The translations under genes and the position numbers were made by a program. From Pseudovirgaria hyperparasitica (lineage: Eukaryota): 64,000 nt of DNA. This document shows positions 23,705-36,349 of the stretch, one piece after another. Under the pieces are notes generated by a model. It was not told the origin of the DNA and did no database searches. It saw only the letters and a list, made by a program, of their open reading frames with translations. The stretch lies in NCBI GenBank assembly GCA_010093815.1, contig ML996576.1. One strand, given 5' to 3'. The stretch's first letter is position 1; every line of letters begins with the position of its first letter.

Positions 23705-25786
23705 TCACGACCGATTCTCTTGTACTCTCACCTCCATACCCTTCATACTTCCCTCTCTTCTCCATTCCCCTATTTCTCTCATGAATGCCTCGCTACCGCC
23801 AGTGTATGTCGCTCCCCTAGCACCCTTTGCACGCTCCCCTGCACTCTTGGGTCGATCCGCCGCACCCTCACCATTGAGATACCCAGGTGTGCAGCCCACC
23901 ACGGCGCCAAGCAAACTTGCGCCTTTCGCGATTCTATTACCCCATTCCAGCACACCTTGCTCCGAAGGCTCAAGCGCAACCTTGGCGCCACCTGAGCGGC
24001 GCAGTGCGGATTGAATCATGTACACGCAGTGCTCGGATAGACAGTCTGTAGTGTATGTATAGTTCACGGCGTTGGCCGCCTGCAGAGGCCCAGCGAAGAA
24101 CACGTTTGGGATATGACGGGAGATGACACCGTGCAGCGTGGCCACGCCAGAATCGAATGTGTCGCGCATGCTGACACCGTTGCGACCAATGAGTTGCATG
24201 CCGCCTGCACGTGTGGCTGGATCTATCATGCCAGTCGGATTGAAGCCTGTACTCCAGATGATGACATCGACGTCAATCTCCTTACCATTGACAAGGAGGC
24301 CGGATGCAGATGCGCCCTCAATACTCTTACCATTCGTATATACAAGAGTAACATTAGACTGATTGAACGAGTCCAAGTATTCATCGTGGAAGCAGGGGCG
24401 CTTGCACCAGCCTGCATACCATGGCTTGAGAAGATCTGCGGTTTTTGAGTCCCTGACAATAGTATCGAGACGGCGCCTGATCTTTTCCTGGCGTGCAATG
24501 TCGATCTCGTGGAGTAGCTCGATGTAATCACCGAGCTTTTCACGGCTGCCATCAAAGCCCTTGCCCGGATGTCCGGTACCAAGAACGGCACAATAAGTGT
24601 TAAAGCGTGTCCATTCGTCGTTGACCATGTTGACCGAAGGCAGCGGATCTTCTTTGTTCGTGAAGGCATTGAAGTTGGCCTGACGCTCGCGTTGCCAGCC
24701 TGGGTGAGTAGCTACATCTTTGGCGTAGGTCCGTGGATCGATGGCCTTATTATCACGAGCATCAACAGCGGCAGGAGTACGCTGAATGACGTATAAGTGT
24801 TTGGCATATTTGGCGAGATGCGGTACTGCCTGGACAGCTGTCGCACCCGTGCCGACAATTGCGACTTTCTTATCTTGCAGTTTGAACAGGTCATAGTTAC
24901 CCTTACCTGGAGCGCCGCCAGTGATACTATAGTCCCAGCGTGCCGTGTGGAACGAGTCTCCCCCAAAGCTATCAATGCCAGGAACAGCGGGTAGCTTTGG
25001 TCGATCTAGGACACCAGCCGCCATGATCACAAAGTCTGCTTTAAAGTGAACTTCACGATCCCCTGTTTGGCCCGATTGCTTTTGCGTCACGGTGACATTG
25101 TACTCTTTGTTCTCCTCATCCCATTGCATGAATCGAGCCTGAGTCTGGAAGCTGGCGACCGATGGAAGCGAGTAATGCTCAGCAAGAGAGTTGAGATATC
25201 CCCGGATCTCTTCACCACTTGCATAACGATCTTTCGGCGTATAGTTCAGGTCTTCTAGAACTGGTAGATATATAGATGCTTCGAGATCGCACATGATGCC
25301 AGGATAGCGATTCCAGTACCAGCTCCCGCCGAATCCACCGGCAGTATCAATCATGTGAATATCTCCCACCTTGAAGCCACCCTTGATGAGATTCCTGGCA
25401 TAGAGAAGACCAGATATACCTGTTCCCACGATGAGAAATCTGCAGCGCTCTGGGAATGCCGCACCGAAGTTCGGTCTGACTGGATCTATCCAGGGGTCTT
25501 CTGCGAACCTTGAAAGATGTTGTGAGCTGGCTGGATCCAGATACTGTGCGAAACCACCGAGGCGCTTGGCACGCTCTTCGCGATATCGTTGACGAGCGCG
25601 AAGCTTGTCTTCCACATGGATATTGGAATCTATAATCGCCTTCGGCTTGGACGGGTCGATACCAACTATACCGAGCGTGGCACCCTGCTCACCCTCTGCA
25701 AGGGGAGATCGAGGCGAGTACGCTCTCTTCAGATGGTCAACATCGAGATGAATGCCCCGGTTGGGCTGTGCGACTTGTGCTGACAT
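23705..25786 (-). CDS. Type I Baeyer-Villiger monooxygenase (FAD/NADPH)
   Basis: Intronless. Rossmann motifs IVGTGISG and IVGTGATA, GGSWYWNRYPG, BVMO fingerprint FGGDSFHTARWD, GWCKRPCFHD and GCTPGYLNGEG. Start taken at ATG 25786. Confidence 0.92.
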   Translation of the reverse strand: MSAQVAQPNRGIHLDVDHLKRAYSPRSPLAEGEQGATLGIVGIDPSKPKAIIDSNIHVEDKLRARQRYREERAKRLGGFAQYLDPASSQHLSRFAEDPWIDPVRPNFGAAFPERCRFLIVGTGISGLLYARNLIKGGFKVGDIHMIDTAGGFGGSWYWNRYPGIMCDLEASIYLPVLEDLNYTPKDRYASGEEIRGYLNSLAEHYSLPSVASFQTQARFMQWDEENKEYNVTVTQKQSGQTGDREVHFKADFVIMAAGVLDRPKLPAVPGIDSFGGDSFHTARWDYSITGGAPGKGNYDLFKLQDKKVAIVGTGATAVQAVPHLAKYAKHLYVIQRTPAAVDARDNKAIDPRTYAKDVATHPGWQRERQANFNAFTNKEDPLPSVNMVNDEWTRFNTYCAVLGTGHPGKGFDGSREKLGDYIELLHEIDIARQEKIRRRLDTIVRDSKTADLLKPWYAGWCKRPCFHDEYLDSFNQSNVTLVYTNGKSIEGASASGLLVNGKEIDVDVIIWSTGFNPTGMIDPATRAGGMQLIGRNGVSMRDTFDSGVATLHGVISRHIPNVFFAGPLQAANAVNYTYTTDCLSEHCVYMIQSALRRSGGAKVALEPSEQGVLEWGNRIAKGASLLGAVVGCTPGYLNGEGAADRPKSAGERAKGARGATYTGGSEAFMREIGEWRREGSMKGMEVRVQENRS

Positions 25787-27436
25787 ATGGGAGAGATGTG
25801 CTGATGGCGCAAAGGTGGTGGAACTGCCTTGCTGGGTGTTGAAGCCAAAGATAATATGAGTCCGAGGCTGGATATGCTGTGTATCAGAGATATACTTATG
25901 TGTAGGTGGAGCCAATGGGCACAGATGCAGAGTATATAGATGCGCAGCGCTGATAGTGCATTGCGCCGGCGTTCATATCGCCCCGCGCCAGTAAGTAGTA
26001 GTCAACAGTCTACATTATGGGCGATGTAGAATGCAACGGTGCGATAGGAGGAAGGGGTTTTGGGTATCCATCGTCGTGAGGGCAGTTTCCTCCGACCAGG
26101 GCAAGTCTTATTTTTCGTATTCGACCAGGCCAGTGATTTGCTCGTATGGTGCGGGGCTAGCGAGGCCGGATGTTGAGTGACCTGCATATGTACAACCCTA
26201 CAGGCGTAAGGATTCGGTTATCAACCGTGTTCTTTGATCCTTTAACGTCCAGAGATGGTCGTTAGCAACTGTCGAGCAGACACAGGCACCGGCCTGACCC
26301 GAGGTATGGGTATCGAACGAGGCACGATTGCGCATTTCTAGTGCGCCATTAACGATATCATCACCGCTACGGCAGATGGAGCGGTACGCATTCAAGGCGG
26401 CCCGCCGCGTCCCTAGACATATATTTTGGGTTTTGCAAACTGCACGTATCGAGTTTTCGGTTTCGTATTTGGGTGCTCCTGGCTTGGGCGGACCTGTGAT
26501 CCATCGGCTGTACAAGCGAGTCACCAGCGGCGTATATGTGCGGCGCAACGAGTGGAGCTCCGCATATTAAGTTGACGATACGGGTAATTGGCCATTTGTA
26601 ATGTTGTTTGCTGCTGATGTCCCGAGTATCGGAGGCTACGAGTTGGTACTTTCTGTGTTGTTTTCAGTATTGCATTTTGATTATGGGGGCGACCCTCGCC
26701 GCTTCGATCAGACAGATAGACGTTCTGGCTTTGACTAGCATACGCTTTGAGTAAGCGGAGTTATGTGATACACCACATGGACCATGGTCTACCGAGAACA
26801 CTTGATAGGATCCGAGCATGGTTGAAAGTATGTATGTTAATTATCATTACGAAGTTGGACTAGACATGGGAAAGCCGGAGACGTCGACATCTTGGTTCTG
26901 CCGGTGCCCCGCCCGGTGCCCCTTACCCCTTGCCCCTTGTTCCCTCTGCGCTAAACTAATATACATGTATCCGCTTAGCTGGTCTTATAACGATACCACA
27001 TGTTCTTGGAAGAGCGCCGCGCCGTATGCGTCCTGCATGACACGAGAGACGTCTCCGGTAGACTTCGAGAAAATCGTCCGAAGATCTGCTCAGCTGCACG
27101 TGACCAAGTGCTTTGGCCCCACTTTTCAAGCCGATCCGATTTCCAGGCCGATTCTCGTCATCAGTGGAAAAGCAAAGAGAAGCCAAAGCATACCACATCC
27201 TCAGTCCTCGGGCCCTATCTCTAGGTATCTGCCGTCATCACAGACTGTGCACTGAGTCTCGCCAGTGTCATAGTGAAGCGAAGTGTTCCTTGCTGGTGCA
27301 TCAGACAACCAGCATCAGTCCCGAAGTCGTCGCACTGCAGTGCGAGAATGTCCCAGATGCTTGCTCCGTCCATTCCTATAATATCAACCGCGTGCGTTTT
27401 CATCGATTCATCATTTCGGCCTCGCACAGAGAAGTC

Positions 27437-28547
27437 ATGAGTCCCACCAAAGAAGATGAAACACCTGGAACCTCACAGTCGAACTTTGTCTGGGTCGACT
27501 CGAGCTCGCTCCATCGTGAAAAGCCGCAGGCGATAAAGAAAGTGATCTGGTCGCGAGCTGCTGCACATAGCCATAAAGTCGCACCTCGAACACGCAAGAA
27601 GCCCGAGAAGTCAAAGACAAACAAAACGACAACGAAGACGACAACCAAAGTCCAGAGCAAGACTGTCAAGGGGATAAATAAGGTACATTTAGCCAAGATA
27701 TTTGCAGGGCAAGGCTGACATGCAAAGCCCCGTGTCAAATCAAGTGGCACGTCAAACCCAAAGGATCGCTACAAGACTACTGATGCAAGTTCCGAAAAGA
27801 GGAAAGCTCAAGTCGGCGAGCTGTTGGTTAGGCAGCCGTTACCATTACCGCTTCTGATGAATGCCAGTGCGAGAGATCCATTTGCGTACACGCCAGCCAT
27901 CCAATCGCGGCGTGAGTGGCTTACAGATTTTTGGTATAATCATGTTATACCGAAGAGTAGCCACCCGATTAAGGTTCCTATGGAACAGCTTTCGGTATAC
28001 GTTCGATGGTGTAGGCAACTGGACCTTACAGAACCAGCACTGTATTACTCTTCTCTGTTCATGGCTTCTGGGATCCCCGTGGCAGAGGGCAAATTGCCAG
28101 TTTCTGAAGCACTCTACTTCAGGTCACTTGCTGTTCACTCTTTGAATGAAGCTTTGAACGACCCTGATCGTCGCTGTAGTACAGCTGTCATCCTTGCCGT
28201 GGGACAGCTGGCCGTGCATGAGCATGTATATGGAGACAGACAGCTCGCCCAGAGAGTCCACCATGATGCACATCGAAAGTACTGTAACCACAAATCGCTT
28301 CTGCACCAGTAGCTAACTGTTCTGCAGGATGATACTAATGCGAGGTGGGATAGAGGCCTTACAAATGCCTCCAGCGGCCGTGCAGCTTTTCCGATGGGGC
28401 CACGCTCTTCTGATGACCCCACTTGATGATCTATTTGGAAACTCAGTGAAGAATTTGCCCCAATATAGCATCCAAGAAGCACTCAGTGTAGTTGAGCATT
28501 GTTCCCCGAGACGGAGCAACCACCCAGGCTACGGCTCGGGGAAATGA
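27437..28547 (+). CDS. Fungal-specific protein resembling Zn-cluster-less transcription-factor-like proteins
   Basis: Three exons join in frame (introns 27683-27727 and 28279-28327). N-terminal FVWV..KKVIWSRAAAHSH, ARDPFAYTP, helical region AVHSLNEALNDP..STAVILAV and MILMRGGIEAL. Function is inferred only. Confidence 0.6.
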
Positions 28548-29311
28548 GCGGTCTGCCAGACATAAGACGTAGTGAGAGTGTTGATGGGGTTTGACTTGTG
28601 TTGCAAAACGTTCTCGAGAGATTGATCGCATAGCTCATCGAGCTTGTTTGTTATTACAGAAGTGAACCGAGCGGCAAGAAAACTTGATCATCTACACTAT
28701 TCGTGTGTAGACATTGACTCATACCGTCATATGACTATTCCGGTAGTCTCTTCGAAAGAAAAAGTCCAGGTAGCAATAAGAAGAAGTAAAGTGAGAGAGA
28801 ACCCTTGCATTTTATACTCAGTTTATACTGATGCTGTTCTGTCTTTGGTGCAGATCATTCCTTCTTGTGGGCAATGCAAACATTCCGCTGCGCACGAAGA
28901 ATGACGCTTATACTCGCACGGGCCCGGCCCCTATATTAAGCATCCATAAACCGTAAGCCGGAACTGTCGATTGGTAACTGTGGCGGTATTATCCAAGGCT
29001 TCGAAAGCCACCCGGCGTGGCAGCTAATGTTATTCGTGCGGGCATCCGCGAACCCGTGCCAATAGTGGAAAGGCGGACTTGTAATGGCTGTTCAGCCGTT
29101 GACCACAGGCCAAATGCAGCAACCGTCGATTTTTATTTTTATGCTCTACATTGTTACACACGGTTTTTTTATAAGTATATATACACTACCTTACTACACA
29201 TTGACCTACCTGGTGTAAGACCTGGCCAATCTCTATTTAGATTGATATCTTTGGGTCCTCAAAACAAACCCCAATTCACCGTGGCCGTCTGACCCCAGCG
29301 TCACCGTAGAA

Positions 29312-30199
29312 ATGATGGCAATCACCATGATCCTCACACTCCTCCTCAGCACCCTCTCCATGACCGTAAACGCCATACCGACCAAACCCCTTGCCCCAAG
29401 ACAACAAGTCGGCGTCTATCCCGCCCCAGGCTCCAACAACTACGCCTGCCGCGCCACACACGCAAACCCAGTCGTCTTCCTGCACGGTCTCGGCGCTACC
29501 AAGGACGAGGACCTAAATGTGCTCCAAACACATATGCAGCAGCGCGGATTCTGCACCTACGCCCTCACATACGGCGACTACCCGGCGTTCCCCTTCGTCG
29601 GCGGCCTGCAGCCCATCGCACAGTCATCCCAGGAGATCGCAGCATTCATAAGGACCGTCGCGCAGAAGACAGGCGCCGCGAAAGTCGACATCGTCGGTCA
29701 TTCCGAAGGCGCGTTTCAGGCCTTGTACACGGCCAAGTTTGGTGGACTGGCGGGCTTGGTGGGGAGTGTAGTTGCGCTTGCGCCGCCGACGCACGGTACC
29801 GATTTTGGGAATTTGTATGATCTGGCGTATGTTGGTGGCAAGCTCACGCGTGAGCTTGTGGGGACGATTCTGAAGACGGTTGGGTGTGCGGCGTGTGATG
29901 ATCTGGGGCCGGATGGAGCTGCGATTGCGCGGCTGAATGATGGAACGCCGATTGCGCAGGATGGTGTCGAATATACGATTATCATCTCGACAAAGGATGG
30001 CTTGGTAACGCCGTATAACACATCGAGGGTGGACGAGCCGGGAGTCAACAATGTTGTTGTGCAAGACTTTTGTCCTGATGATCCGGTTGGACATATTGGG
30101 ATGGCGTATGATACGTGGATTTGGAGTGTGGTTATTAACGCGCTAGAGCCATCGGTGCCTAGAACGGCGTGCACGAAGGGCATGCCGTATCGCCGTTGA
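29312..30199 (+). CDS. Secreted lipase/esterase (alpha/beta hydrolase, Lipase_2-like)
   Basis: Signal peptide, PVVFLHGLG oxyanion motif, nucleophile elbow VDIVGHSEG, D in STKDGLVTP and H in DPVGHIG. Intronless. Confidence 0.88.
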   Translation: MMAITMILTLLLSTLSMTVNAIPTKPLAPRQQVGVYPAPGSNNYACRATHANPVVFLHGLGATKDEDLNVLQTHMQQRGFCTYALTYGDYPAFPFVGGLQPIAQSSQEIAAFIRTVAQKTGAAKVDIVGHSEGAFQALYTAKFGGLAGLVGSVVALAPPTHGTDFGNLYDLAYVGGKLTRELVGTILKTVGCAACDDLGPDGAAIARLNDGTPIAQDGVEYTIIISTKDGLVTPYNTSRVDEPGVNNVVVQDFCPDDPVGHIGMAYDTWIWSVVINALEPSVPRTACTKGMPYRR

Positions 30200-30893
30200 T
30201 ATGAATTCTATTATTTGAGGCTTGTTTGTCCTACTTATGCAAGTCGCACGTTTCAGCCTCATTTGCAGATAGAGGTTCCGGCCTTGGAACTTCGTGTTAT
30301 CTCCATGTGCCTTACGTGTGTTGAGCATGACTGACGTAGAATATAAGACGCAAGAGAGGAGACAGGAGTAGAGGAACTTCTCTAGAGCCAAGAAGCGATT
30401 AACCGAGATGGCCCATGTAGAGATTGGCTGAAATGAGGGAAAGCGATGAGGTAATTGAAAGCCTCACTCCTTCTCTGGTATGTGAGAACAGCTTAATTAT
30501 GCTGACCCCCTGATGTTAGAGAAGAGCTACAGATGCGTTTGCTGTGATTGTTCATATGCCCTGATGCAAGAGGTGCAAGGCAAGGTGCAGTACTAGAACA
30601 GATCCTACACATTTGCACTGTAATTTGGATGTGACGTTCCTGGCTGAGCCAAAATCGCATGCTTGTGGTACTGTTCATGATCACTTCTTCAAAAGCAAAT
30701 CTCATCAGATCACAATCAGAGAGCTGAAGATGAGCCTCACCTCGTTGGAAGAATATAAAGAGCGACATCGAGACCAAGAGCAGTGGTTATATTGCGACGG
30801 TGCTTGAGCGTTACGAGATGGTCATACTTCGTAGTAAAGATTTGGTTTAGTGACAGCTGCTTCGCTCAGACACTTCGGGTATCGTACAGCTAA

Positions 30894-32879
30894 TCATCGC
30901 CCAATCTCTCTCCTCAACCGCGCCTCCGCAGTCTGTGGTCCAGGCTCCGGCCAAGTCTCAACGGCGTCCTCGACCTCTTGTAAAAACGTCGTGCTATTGT
31001 GAATCGTTGTCCCACCGATGACAACACGAACTCCAGGGCTGCTTGCATTGACCTGGGCTACCATCTTTGCCTCCTCATATGTTGTACCTCCAACCATGAA
31101 GATGACAATGTCTTGTGGCTTATCGCGGGTCATCCCTCCGCCCTCAACGAAAGGATAGATATTCTCTCGCAGGCGTCCTTTGATTAAATCCTGCAATATC
31201 GTTTCGAGACGCGGCGAGTGTTGTGTATAGACATTCTCGACACCTTTTAATCCCTTGAAGCGATCTCGCGCTCCAGAGAACAACGACGAGGACTGAAATA
31301 AATCGGGAAGACCGGATCCTCCCGTTGCTGCGATATTTTGTAGAGAGTTGTGGTAGGTGAGGAGCTTGGAAATGACGGCTATACGTTGTTTCGAGAGGTT
31401 CCCGGCGACAGAGAGGAGGTCTAGAAGCATCGGTGTTGAATTAGAAGGGTGTTTAACATAGCGTAAAGCATAGATTGCCGTCAAACGAAGTTTGTTGTCG
31501 GGGGGTATCGTGGGATTTTGGATGAGACTTTGTAAGGTCTTTAGGTCGTTGTTGTGGTTGTCATTACAGGCTAAACTTTGCTCCAGCTCGCTGACGTCCA
31601 GGAGATTATCCACGCCAACCCGCCGGGACAGCTCACCGACGAGCGTGACATGTTTTGTTACATTTCCCGAAAGTTTTCGGAATTCCGGATAATCTTCGAT
31701 GAATCGCTTCATATCCGCTATTGAGTCAAGTTTGTGGTTACCTTGACTTTTCGATGCGAATTGTTCTACGTAGTCTTTTGCATTCTGCCCTAGGTCTCCG
31801 AAGTTGAGATACATGTTCTTCTTGAAGAACGGGTCCTGATCTTGCGCGAGGACAATTTCCTGTCCATGTTAGGAAGCCCAGTAGTACGCTATTTCAGACT
31901 TACGTTGAGTTCTGGTCGTATATCGGGAACATCGGCCAGGCTCACCCTACCGTTATGTATGCCCATGAGCTCGTGAACCATTGCCTGGTACGTCCATTGT
32001 GTTAACAACGGTGTTACTGGATCATCTCTGCGATCCACTATCAAAAGTATTGGTGGTGTATCAGTCTTCCTGAAGTCAAAGAGCTGATCTTCTTGAGTCA
32101 TGTTGTAGCGCACTTCAGTGGCCAATTTCTTCGACAGAGGACTGTTCTTCTGATATCGAATCAGAGGTTTCTTCTTGAGCGACAATAACAAGGCCAGCAC
32201 GCCTTCGGTAGATCGTTGTAGAGTGTCCGTGTTCCACTGATCTGGAGAGCTAGACCATATTCTATTCATGGGATAGGCGATGTTGAGCGAGAAAAGATCC
32301 GGGTTTATGACGAGAAAGTCGGCGAAATACTCTTGCACAGCTCGGACAACCTCGTGATCGTCTGCTTCGGCCAATCGTTCCAAGGCTGACTTCTTGATTA
32401 TATTACTGAAATCTACACGATTCAGCATGGTGAGTGCGCATGGCAGCAGTTCTGATGCGTACAAATGTGATATTCGCCATACTTTGGCTCTCGCAGCTCT
32501 TCTATCAATGCTTGTATAGAGCCCGAGGAAGGGCGGACAAAGCATAGACAGCGCAGATGGCGCATCTTCTCACGATTCTGGTTCTCGAGTCGACTGGACT
32601 TGTCAGGTGTCATGCGCCATGTGTATTGTAGGAAGAGACGATTTACTCGGTCAGATACACCTCATGATTGAGAAGTGCGGATTGAGTTGTCGCGGTCGAG
32701 ACGATGGACACCTGCGAACATGTCAGCATCAACATTAGTAAATAGATTACGAGCGACAAACCCACAGTCTCATTGTCTAACAAAAGTATCTTCATCTTCG
32801 CGCCCGCGGTGCCGGTTGCGCTGTCTCCAACCGACACCATTTTCGTGATGTAGCTAGAGACGGCCTGGACGATATCCAT
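30894..32879 (-). CDS. VPS45: Vacuolar protein sorting protein Vps45 (Sec1/Munc18 family)
   Basis: Motifs KMKILLLD, TQSALLNHEVYL, EKMRHLRCLCFVRP, DRRDDPVTPLLTQWTYQAMVHEL and VENVYTQHSP. Four introns. Confidence 0.95.
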
Positions 32880-33303
32880 GATGCTGGTTGCCTACGCTTG
32901 TGAACTGTGAGCGGAATGGGCCAACTGGACTTCGGTCGAGCGTTAGTGTTGAAAAATGTTGTTCTTGACTATGACAGAGATGTATGCCTCTTGCAGGCGC
33001 TGAGGTTGAATGCAGTGCTAACCTTCGAACATTAGAAGGGTCCAAGCTCCCGCGATCTACCTGCGTTAGTGTGGGGTGAGTGGGGCCTTTTACCCATCTG
33101 TAGCACATGGATGCAGTACCTAAATGAATTCCAGGAACTGCTCTGCTCCTAGACTGAACAACCTATATTATATCCATGCTTGATTAAACGAGCCTCCGAT
33201 CACCAACAGTCGTGAAGCTCAGGTTCCATGGTTTGCACACCGGTCACAGTACTCGCGATATATCTTAAGTAGTCATCATAGTCTTGTCATTACTAAGTAT
33301 ATT

Positions 33304-34630
33304 TTATTTTTTGCCTTTCTGGTCCATCAGTTCTACCCCTGTCCTAACCACGCCTATGACTGCGCCCGTTTGTACTGTCTCATTCCCGCCGCCGCTTAAT
33401 CTATATTCAATTTCGGACAGACCCTCTATCCAGGCGACTCTAGTTTGAGGCGGTACTTCCCACTTCGACAAGTCATCGCCTAGCGCGGTCAAGATGTCGG
33501 CAAGTGCTAGACCTTTGTTCGCCTTTAGTCGACTGATCTTCAGCAGACAGGCTTTCACATCTGAAGTATTCAGTAGAAGCTCCCTTATTGATTTTATGTC
33601 TTCGGGATGCGGCGCGGCAATACAGTCGTATATCGTAGTCTCGGTGATGAGATCTCTTTCGATAGTCTTGGGGTCCGGTTTGGGTTCTCCGGGGGCTCGT
33701 AGGGGCGTACTGCTCGCATGACATGCTTGAAGTACATTCAAGGCCCTTCGCATGTCTCCTTTACTCAGTCGGACAAGGCTTTCTACGGCTGGTGCTTCGA
33801 TCCTGATGTCCTCTTCATCTATAACCTTGTCCACTAGCCGCCGAATATCTGGCTCTTTCAGGGGGCTGAAGCGAAACCTGGTACATCGCGACAGGAGCGC
33901 GGGGGACAGCTTGTGCGTGTAATTGGCAATGATGCAGAATCGAGTGTTCGCAGTGTATTTCTCCATGATTCGTCTTAGAGCCATCTGGGCTGTTGAGGTC
34001 ATGGCGTCGGCCTCATCGAGAATGATGAGCTTGTAGGAGGCTATCGCGGACGAATGACTCGAGGCGGTCATTGAGAATATCTGTTTTGTGCTACTGAAAG
34101 TCTTGATTTGCTCCCTGTTCCAGTGATTAGCTGATGTCCCATGCAAGCGTTGGAACTCATACCTAACAACGTCGATACCTCTATCGTCACTGGCGTTGAG
34201 TTCTAGCACCATCTGCCTCATATTCTTGTTGCCATATATTCGTCGTGCTAAGGCTAGAACTGTGGAAGTCTTGCCAGTACCAGGGGGACCGTAAAGAAGA
34301 AGGTGAGGGAGTCGCTGACCTCAATTAGCATGGAAAGATTGGTCGAGGAAAGCTCGTACGTTGGAGTCGACGAATTTATTGATCGTAGTCAGAATATCTT
34401 GGTGACCCGAGACATCGTCCAGGGTGTTTGGTCGGTATTTCTCAACCCTGTATCTATTAGTCTCGATGTGTTAGGTCTTACCCAGACACATACCATGGTA
34501 GAGAGTCCTCGGCCTCGACGGGCAAGTTAGCGGCACTCCGCTTTCCCTTCACTGCGCTGCCAGAGCTGAACTCGATGTCGCCTTTGCTCGCGGGCGCATC
34601 AATGTCCATGTCATCCTCGTAGTCCGACAT
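33304..34630 (-). CDS. RFC3: Replication factor C small subunit (yeast Rfc3 / human RFC5 type)
   Basis: Motifs SLPWVEKYRP (spliced), Walker A GPPGTGKT, LELNASDDRGIDVVR, ILDEADAMT and SRCTRFRF. Three introns. Confidence 0.93.
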
Positions 34631-36349
34631 ACTGGAGTGAGAGTCGAAGTAGGTACTGTGAAAACAACAGTGGTTGTGCAGTTGGGCGCAGGACCGCCTA
34701 CATTTCGCAATGAGGTTGACGCGACCGGCACGCGTCTGGCCAAAGTGTCTGTCTAACCTGATTTGGACTAGTAGACCACTCTTTCTATTGATGCAAATCG
34801 CCTTGCAGCACTTTCTTCCAGTGTCATTTAGGCAGTCGAAGTAGCAGCACATTGTTAGTCTCGGATGAGAGACAATGGTGTTGATACACATTGCGCCTAG
34901 ACAAAGTTCAATTCAGGATCTTGGTCTTTGTTCATGGCGAATACAATGTGTATGGATTAGCACGAGCGTAAGACGAAGATAAAAGTGACGTCTTTGACTA
35001 CGCAGATTACCTGGACCAAAATCTTCTCGGCATTCTCAGCAGCATCATACTTATTGACCATCACGAGCACCATTCATCCCGTCTTCGAACACCTAATCTA
35101 AACCTCATCTCGTCGGACAATGGAAAGTCAACCTGACCAAAACACTTACCACGCCCCTTCCGCATGCAGTCACACATACAGCTTGGTGGACTATGAGGAA
35201 AAGGACGACGACAGGGCGCAGTGGCGTACATATAACAAACGTGTACAGTCGCCACAATCATGCGTGGCACTGCTTCTGGCGGTATTGCTGTGTATCAGCG
35301 TTGGTGGAAATCTGATCCTGCTGCAGCGATTAAATGCTTGTCAGGTCATGATCGGACAATAATAAGAGTAGAAGTTGTCGCAGTGATGGGACGAGTAGTC
35401 GAAGAATGGGGAGACTGATAGCATTCTGTCTGTTTGGCTGCGAAAGTGGTACTTGATTCATGAACTGTCCTCTGATATACCATCAGATTATGCATATAAT
35501 CAATCTATTGATCCTTCAAGGCTGCAGGACCTGTCTACTATGGGCTGGTTTGTGCGGGCACAACAAGCATGACTGGTTGCAAGAAAGACACATCCATGTA
35601 ACAGACCGGCAGAACACTGCTTGTAATTCGATTATCGGTGTTCATTGCCTGATCATGAACCTAGGAGAACTCAGAAGCTCAAATGTGCTGTTGGGACCCT
35701 GTTGAAACAACATGATGCCATAAGCTGAAGAAAAGACTCGTATCATCTGCATCAAAGGAGGGATCCGATCTTCCACGTTTCGAAACGTCGTTTAGCGATG
35801 AAACGTCGCAAGAAGTCTCAAGAAGTAAATAAGCATGAGTAAGACCAACAGCATCAACAAAAGTAAGCTCGTACGGACCGGGCCACTAAGCAGGACAAGC
35901 CCCGATTTTAAGGAGTGACCGATCTTCGTCGGGAAGAGATCGTTCGGGAACAATTACAGCCACAGCCACATTCACTTTCTCCGATTGCGGGGATGGTGCA
36001 CTAGCCACAATCGGAAGAACAGCACAACGCTAAAGCTACTAAAGCGCCTCGGATGCCTCCACTGCCGTGTCTTCCATTATTAAACCTCATCCTCATCATC
36101 GTCGTATTAATTCTCCTAATGACGCCCTTTGACGCGTTCTTTTAGCTTGACTTAGCTTTCCGTCTGCTGCCCACTCGTCGGGCCCTGTATTTCTAACGAC
36201 ACATTCCTGCAACTTGTCCTCTTCCATAACCCACCCGACTGTATATCACCTTTCATAGACCACACTTCGTCTGTGCTTTGGCAAAGCAACATATCAACCA
36301 GGTCACTCATTCTGCGGCTCCTCGACTCGCGCATACGGAAGAGCTTAGG

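Noticed and set aside
26198..27255. ORFs of 80-145 aa between the BVMO and the TF-like gene
   Set aside because: No recognisable domain or splice-consistent model; treated as divergent promoter DNA.
30519..30807. Possible decayed C2H2 zinc-finger relic (EKSYRCVCCDC.., GCDVPG*AK)
   Set aside because: Only short motif resemblance with several stops; cannot be told from chance without a search.
35774..35787. 14-bp perfect palindrome ACGTTTCGAAACGT
   Set aside because: Isolated; a few such palindromes are expected by chance in 64 kb and there is no supporting context.
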